DNA of 11,854 bases from Octopus sinensis (Eukaryota), in the NCBI RefSeq assembly GCF_006345805.1, contig NW_021826857.1, positions 1-11,854 on the forward strand, written 5' to 3'. The stretch's first letter is position 1, and each line of letters starts with the position of its first letter. The position numbers and the translations under genes were made by a program. Under the pieces are notes generated by a model. It was not told the origin of the DNA, searched no databases, and saw only the letters and a list, made by a program, of their open reading frames with translations. Positions 8,256-11,854 of this stretch are shown piece by piece.

Positions 8256-8328
8256 GACAGTTTAGTTTAATGGTAAAGCCCTTGACGCATAATCACGGCG
8301 ATGCGAGTTCGAGTCCAATGGCTGGACG
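8256..8328 (+). mobile_element. Isolated tRNA-like sequence (SINE head remnant or tRNA pseudogene)
   Basis: A-box TAGTTTAATGG 8263-8273. D-stem GTTT/AAGC. Anticodon arm CTTGA-CGCATAA-TCACG. B-box AGTTCGAGTCC 8306-8316. tRNA-like spacing, but the T-stem is unpaired and the acceptor stem is weak. Confidence 0.7.
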
Positions 8329-8419
8329 ATGATGTATTTTTCTCCAATGTATGGATAATTTATCCTCATCACGCTATCTATTTGTATGATCACGCGTTTG
8401 AGAAAAAAAAATTCTGTAT

Positions 8420-8790
8420 CGGGAGAGATATGCGGTGATATACATCTGGAAAATCCTGGAGGGTCTTGTCCCAAACTTTGGCATTCAAAGTTACCGCAGA
8501 ACGGGGCGCCACTGCATGGTGCCAAGATTCCAACATCACCATCAAAATACAGGTCCAGATACTGCAACAGCTTGGGTTTCAGAGGACCACAGCTCTTTAA
8601 CATCCTCCCTAAATGCCTGAGACTTACATGGTGTGGATGTGGGTTTCTTTAAAACTAAACTGGATCTCTTCTTGTCGGGAGTCCCAGATGAACCTACCTC
8701 ACGACAGAGACGCAGATGCGGGCAGCAGCATCGAACTCCCTTGTTGATCAAGTGCCACGTATCAGAGGTGGATTCATATATTAGTGTAGC
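8420..8790 (+). mobile_element. Fragment of a related CR1/L2-group LINE (ORF2 C-terminus), with several frameshifts and no 3' tail
   Basis: Peptides RERYAVIYIWKILEGLVPNFGI, RYCNSLGFRGPQLFNILPK, FKTKLDLFLSGVPDE and QMRAAASNSL match the LINE at 1261-2572. One aligned block is identical at 52/60 nt. Confidence 0.92.
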
Positions 8791-8813
8791 TCATTCAGGA
8801 TTTAAGGTTTTAA

Positions 8814-8852
<39 letters not shown>

Positions 8853-8854
8853 TA

Positions 8855-9627
8855 CAGTGTGCGATGGCTAAATTGTTGCCATTTTATTGTTTAATTTTGC
8901 GCATGCGCATTGTTTGCTTTTGATTGTGTGGACTACAGAGTACACTAAGGTTAGTTGGGCATCATGTGTGAGAAAAACAGCACTATAACACAAATCAATC
9001 TGCCACAAATTTGGAAACGATACCGGAAGCTCCAGTACGAACATTTCAGAGCATTTTGGTGCCAGTCTGAGTACATGTACCATGAGTGATAAAAATCAAA
9101 CATCCAGTCAATATCATAGTGTATGGAGTGATCACTAGTGATAGCAACGTTATGCCTCCATTCATCTTTCCGCGAGGTCTACATCATGTACCTGGAGGAG
9201 GTAGTGTTGTCCTGGGTCTAGAGGGTGGCTGCTGGAAGACACTATATCTGGCAACAGGACTCAGCACCATGCCACACAAGTAGGAGTACCAAGTCATGGC
9301 TGTCAGAAAATTTTGGCAACTGTATCACCCCTAACATCTGAACACCCCAGACTGCAGCCCTCTTGTAACACCAAAGATGAACTGAAGGCAAGGATTATGG
9401 CAGCATTCACCAACTTAAACAAGGAGACCATCCAGAAGACTTGCAGGAGATTTCGAAGTAGTCTGGAGGCCGTGGTTGAAGCCAATGGCGATTTTATTGA
9501 ATAAAATTACTCTTCAGTATTTCAAGGTATTTTTATGTAATTTTGGTATATATATCTGTTAAGATGAAATGTCAGTGCTATTTTCATTTCCGCGTAATTT
9601 AGACAGCAGTTTATTCACTGCACCCTA
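8855..9627 (+). mobile_element. Internally deleted Tc1/mariner-superfamily transposon, DD37D (maT)-like
   Basis: Starts after TA (8853-8854). Imperfect TIRs CAGTGTGCGATGGCTAAATTGTTGCC vs TAGGGTGCAGTGAATAAACTGCTGTC (17/26). Transposase remnants GSSSTNISEHFGASL, KIKHPVNIIVYGVITSDSNVMPPFIF, WQQDSAPCH, PDCSPL, and CNTKDELKARI...EANGDFIE* (stop 9502-9504). The third Asp is deleted, so DD37D is inferred from motif style. Confidence 0.85.
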
Positions 9628-9645
9628 CATACATACATACATACA

Positions 9646-9677
<32 letters not shown>

Positions 9678-9729
9678 CATATATCTATACATACACGTGT
9701 GTGTGTTTGTGTTTGTGCGTGTGTGTGTT

Positions 9730-9776
<47 letters not shown>
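9628..9776. repeat. (ACAT)n then (TG)n microsatellite
   Basis: Direct reading. Confidence 0.95.
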
Positions 9777-10266
9777 ATACACAAGTGAAGAGAAGTATGT
9801 ATTTCTGGAGGCTTAAACGTCTGAGGAGCATAGAACATCTCTAAAAAGGACAGACGTAATATGTAGGGTGAGGGGGGGGGGCGAAAGAGAAAGTAGAGTG
9901 GAAGGCTTTCGTAGGAATGAAATATAAGAGAATAGCGCGACAAATGCGAATAATGCTGTTCATTTTGTTTATGTAAATTGTTTGTTTTTATTTGTTTACA
10001 TAGTTGTTTGGTTGTAAGAGAGCATGTGTGAATAAGAGATAGAGAGACAGACTGATAGAGAGAGAGAGAGAGAGAGAGAGTATGTGGCGGGAGAAAGAGG
10101 GAGAGTGAGTGACAAAGAGAAGAGAAGAATGGAGTCTCTTAGTGGAAGAAGCAGGTGGCAGCGAACGACGGCTTGGCAAGCATTTAAGAATTATGGACCG
10201 AGCGCCAAGCAGGACAGAAAGAACGACAAATAGGAAGTCAGACTTACAGATATAATTGATAAAGTG

Positions 10267-10546
10267 GCACTTCGTCGGTTACGACGACGCCAGTTCAATT
10301 TGACCCGATCAATGGAACAGCCTACTTGTGAAATTAACGTGCAAGTGGCTGAGCACTCCACAGACACGCGTAATCTTAGGAAATTCAGAGTGACACAAGA
10401 TATTATAAGACTGACCCTTTGAAATATAGGTACTAGTCATTTTCGCCAGCTGAGTAGACTGGTGCAACGTGAAATAAAGTGTCTTGCCCAAGGATATAAC
10501 ACGCCACCAAACATTGAACTCACGACGTTGTGATCGAGAGCCAAAT
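10267..10546 (-). mobile_element. Decayed tRNA-derived SINE with CORE-like segment, sharing its 3' half with the SINE at 4187-4576
   Basis: 10312-10370 matches 4241-4299 at 54/59 nt. AAGTGTCTTGCCCAAGG (10477-10493) resembles the MIR/CORE motif AAGTGACTTGCCCAAGG (from memory). B-box remnant at ~10511-10521. A-box missing. Confidence 0.85.
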
Positions 10547-10653
10547 ATAATATAATAATCTAGTCGCTTACACACACACACACACGTGTGTGTGTATACA
10601 TAAATATATATTTGATTTATGAGACAGACGGAAGATGGAAGATACGAGAAATT

Positions 10654-10766
10654 TTGTTGATCACTACAATTGTTTCCATCCGTCTAGCACCAATCACGGA
10701 TGGAATATTGAACATTTGGTTTAGGTTTATCTGTCGGTGTAGATGTGTCTCTTCAGATGATTACAA
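10654..10766 (-). ncRNA. Candidate degenerate type I hammerhead motif (Penelope-like) with a 73-nt domain II
   Basis: CUGAAGA 10756-10750. GAAAC-AAUU-GUA 10676-10665 (palindromic ACAATTGT). Stem I AUCAU/GUGAU plus UUGU/ACAA. No canonical stem II closing pair. Confidence 0.4.
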
Positions 10767-10941
10767 GATGTATCTCGTTAAAATAACGTCTGTTTCGTAT
10801 GATTTCCGCTCAATATTGTATACAAAAACAGCAACGTAAGATATACAACTTCATTATTATCGAAGATCAATAACAAATAGACAATATAGCAGGAAAAGGA
10901 TTAGATATAACCGTTACTAGATATGGAGACACACACATTTA

Positions 10942-11822
10942 CAGGGTGATTGAAAAGTAACTCCCTGTGTTCAAATACTTATTTATTTATCCTCTATAAT
11001 TTTTTTTTTCAAATATTTATTTATCTTCTATAGTTTTTTTAATTTGTTGTGTATGTTCTTTAATGTATGGGAATGAATACTATGTTTCTTTCTTTTTCAG
11101 ATCGATTATTTTGTTTGAAATTTAGAAACCCTAGAAACATGGTCTGATCTCTTTCAAAAAATCGGTGGGTTTGTGAACCGTCACGACTGCCAATAATGGG
11201 CAGGAGAAGATACTCGTATTACTTCTAAAAAAATGAAGAATCGGCCCAAGGTGTGAAATGGTGTGGAATGTTTCCGGACCGGATTGTAGGTCCTTTCAAC
11301 CTTTGCAATACCATGAATGCTGAAAAGTGCCTCACCATGCTGCAAGATGGAATTTAGCGAGCTATCAATACTTGTGAGAATATTGAAGATTTGATTTTTA
11401 TGCAAGATGACGCTCCTCCACATTTTGCTATTGTTGTTCATGAATGGCTAAATGCCAACTTCCTTGGGAGATTGCTGGGTCGTCGAGGTCCACATGATTG
11501 GCCGGCCAGAAGCTCTGATTGAACACCCTGTTGATTTTTTTCTTTGGGGTTGGTTAAAGGAGCAAGTCTACCAAACCAACGACTTTGGAAGAACTTGAAG
11601 GGCGAATACGAGAAGTTATGTCTTCTATCCCACAAAAGTTCCCGATGAAAACAGTTGATGCGGTTCCCGGGTGGCTTGAGAAGCTGGGTGCAACTGCAGG
11701 GGCTTGTATCGAATTTGAAATAAAACTCCATACTATACCATTTCTTCACATTCATTTTTCTAAAAATTATAGTTAATAAACGAATTATAAGTTTTTTAAA
11801 ATAGGGAGTTACATTTCAATCA

Positions 11823-11827
<5 letters not shown>
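10942..11827 (+). mobile_element. Decayed Tc1/mariner-superfamily transposon, DD41D (rosa/Visitor) type, N-terminal region deleted
   Basis: 25-bp TIRs 10942-10966 and 11803-11827 (23/25 match), TA on the left. Remnants WSD..GFVNRHDC, WCGMFPDRIVGPF, FMQD (11406-11408), WPARSSD*TPC-D (11533-11535), FFLWGWLKEQVY. Exactly 41 codons (11409-11531) separate the second and third Asp, with a +1 T insertion just before the third. Several stops. Confidence 0.93.
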
Positions 11828-11853
<26 letters not shown>

Positions 11854-11854
11854 C

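Noticed and set aside
8256-8328. Functional tRNA-Met(CAT) gene
   Set aside because: The T-stem has only one pair, position 33 is G rather than U, and the acceptor stem is weak. The anticodon identity may itself be a mutation.
10161-10210. Inverted heptamer GCTTGGC...GCCAAGC
   Set aside because: Too short and isolated, with no TSD or other element features.

Overview
Gene-poor, repeat-saturated eukaryotic DNA. The repeat families and microsatellite load resemble an octopus/coleoid cephalopod genome (recalled, not searched). No intact host gene is supportable, and nearly all listed ORFs are microsatellite or low-complexity artefacts. Contents: two decayed copies of a CR1/L2-group LINE in opposite orientations; several tRNA-derived SINEs, one full-length with an 11-bp TSD; two decayed Tc1/mariner-superfamily transposons (DD37D-like and DD41D); a ~1.5 kb trinucleotide low-complexity block with a 3 x ~150 bp tandem duplication; and many TA/CA/GATA arrays. 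The most notable item is a 468-bp near-perfect fold-back palindrome (3048-3515). Each arm carries a type I hammerhead ribozyme motif of the Penelope-like-element kind, with an intact core in one arm and a point change in the other. Two further hammerhead-like motifs lie at 864-890 and 10654-10766. The LINE 3' tail and a neighbouring SINE tail share a covarying stem-loop.
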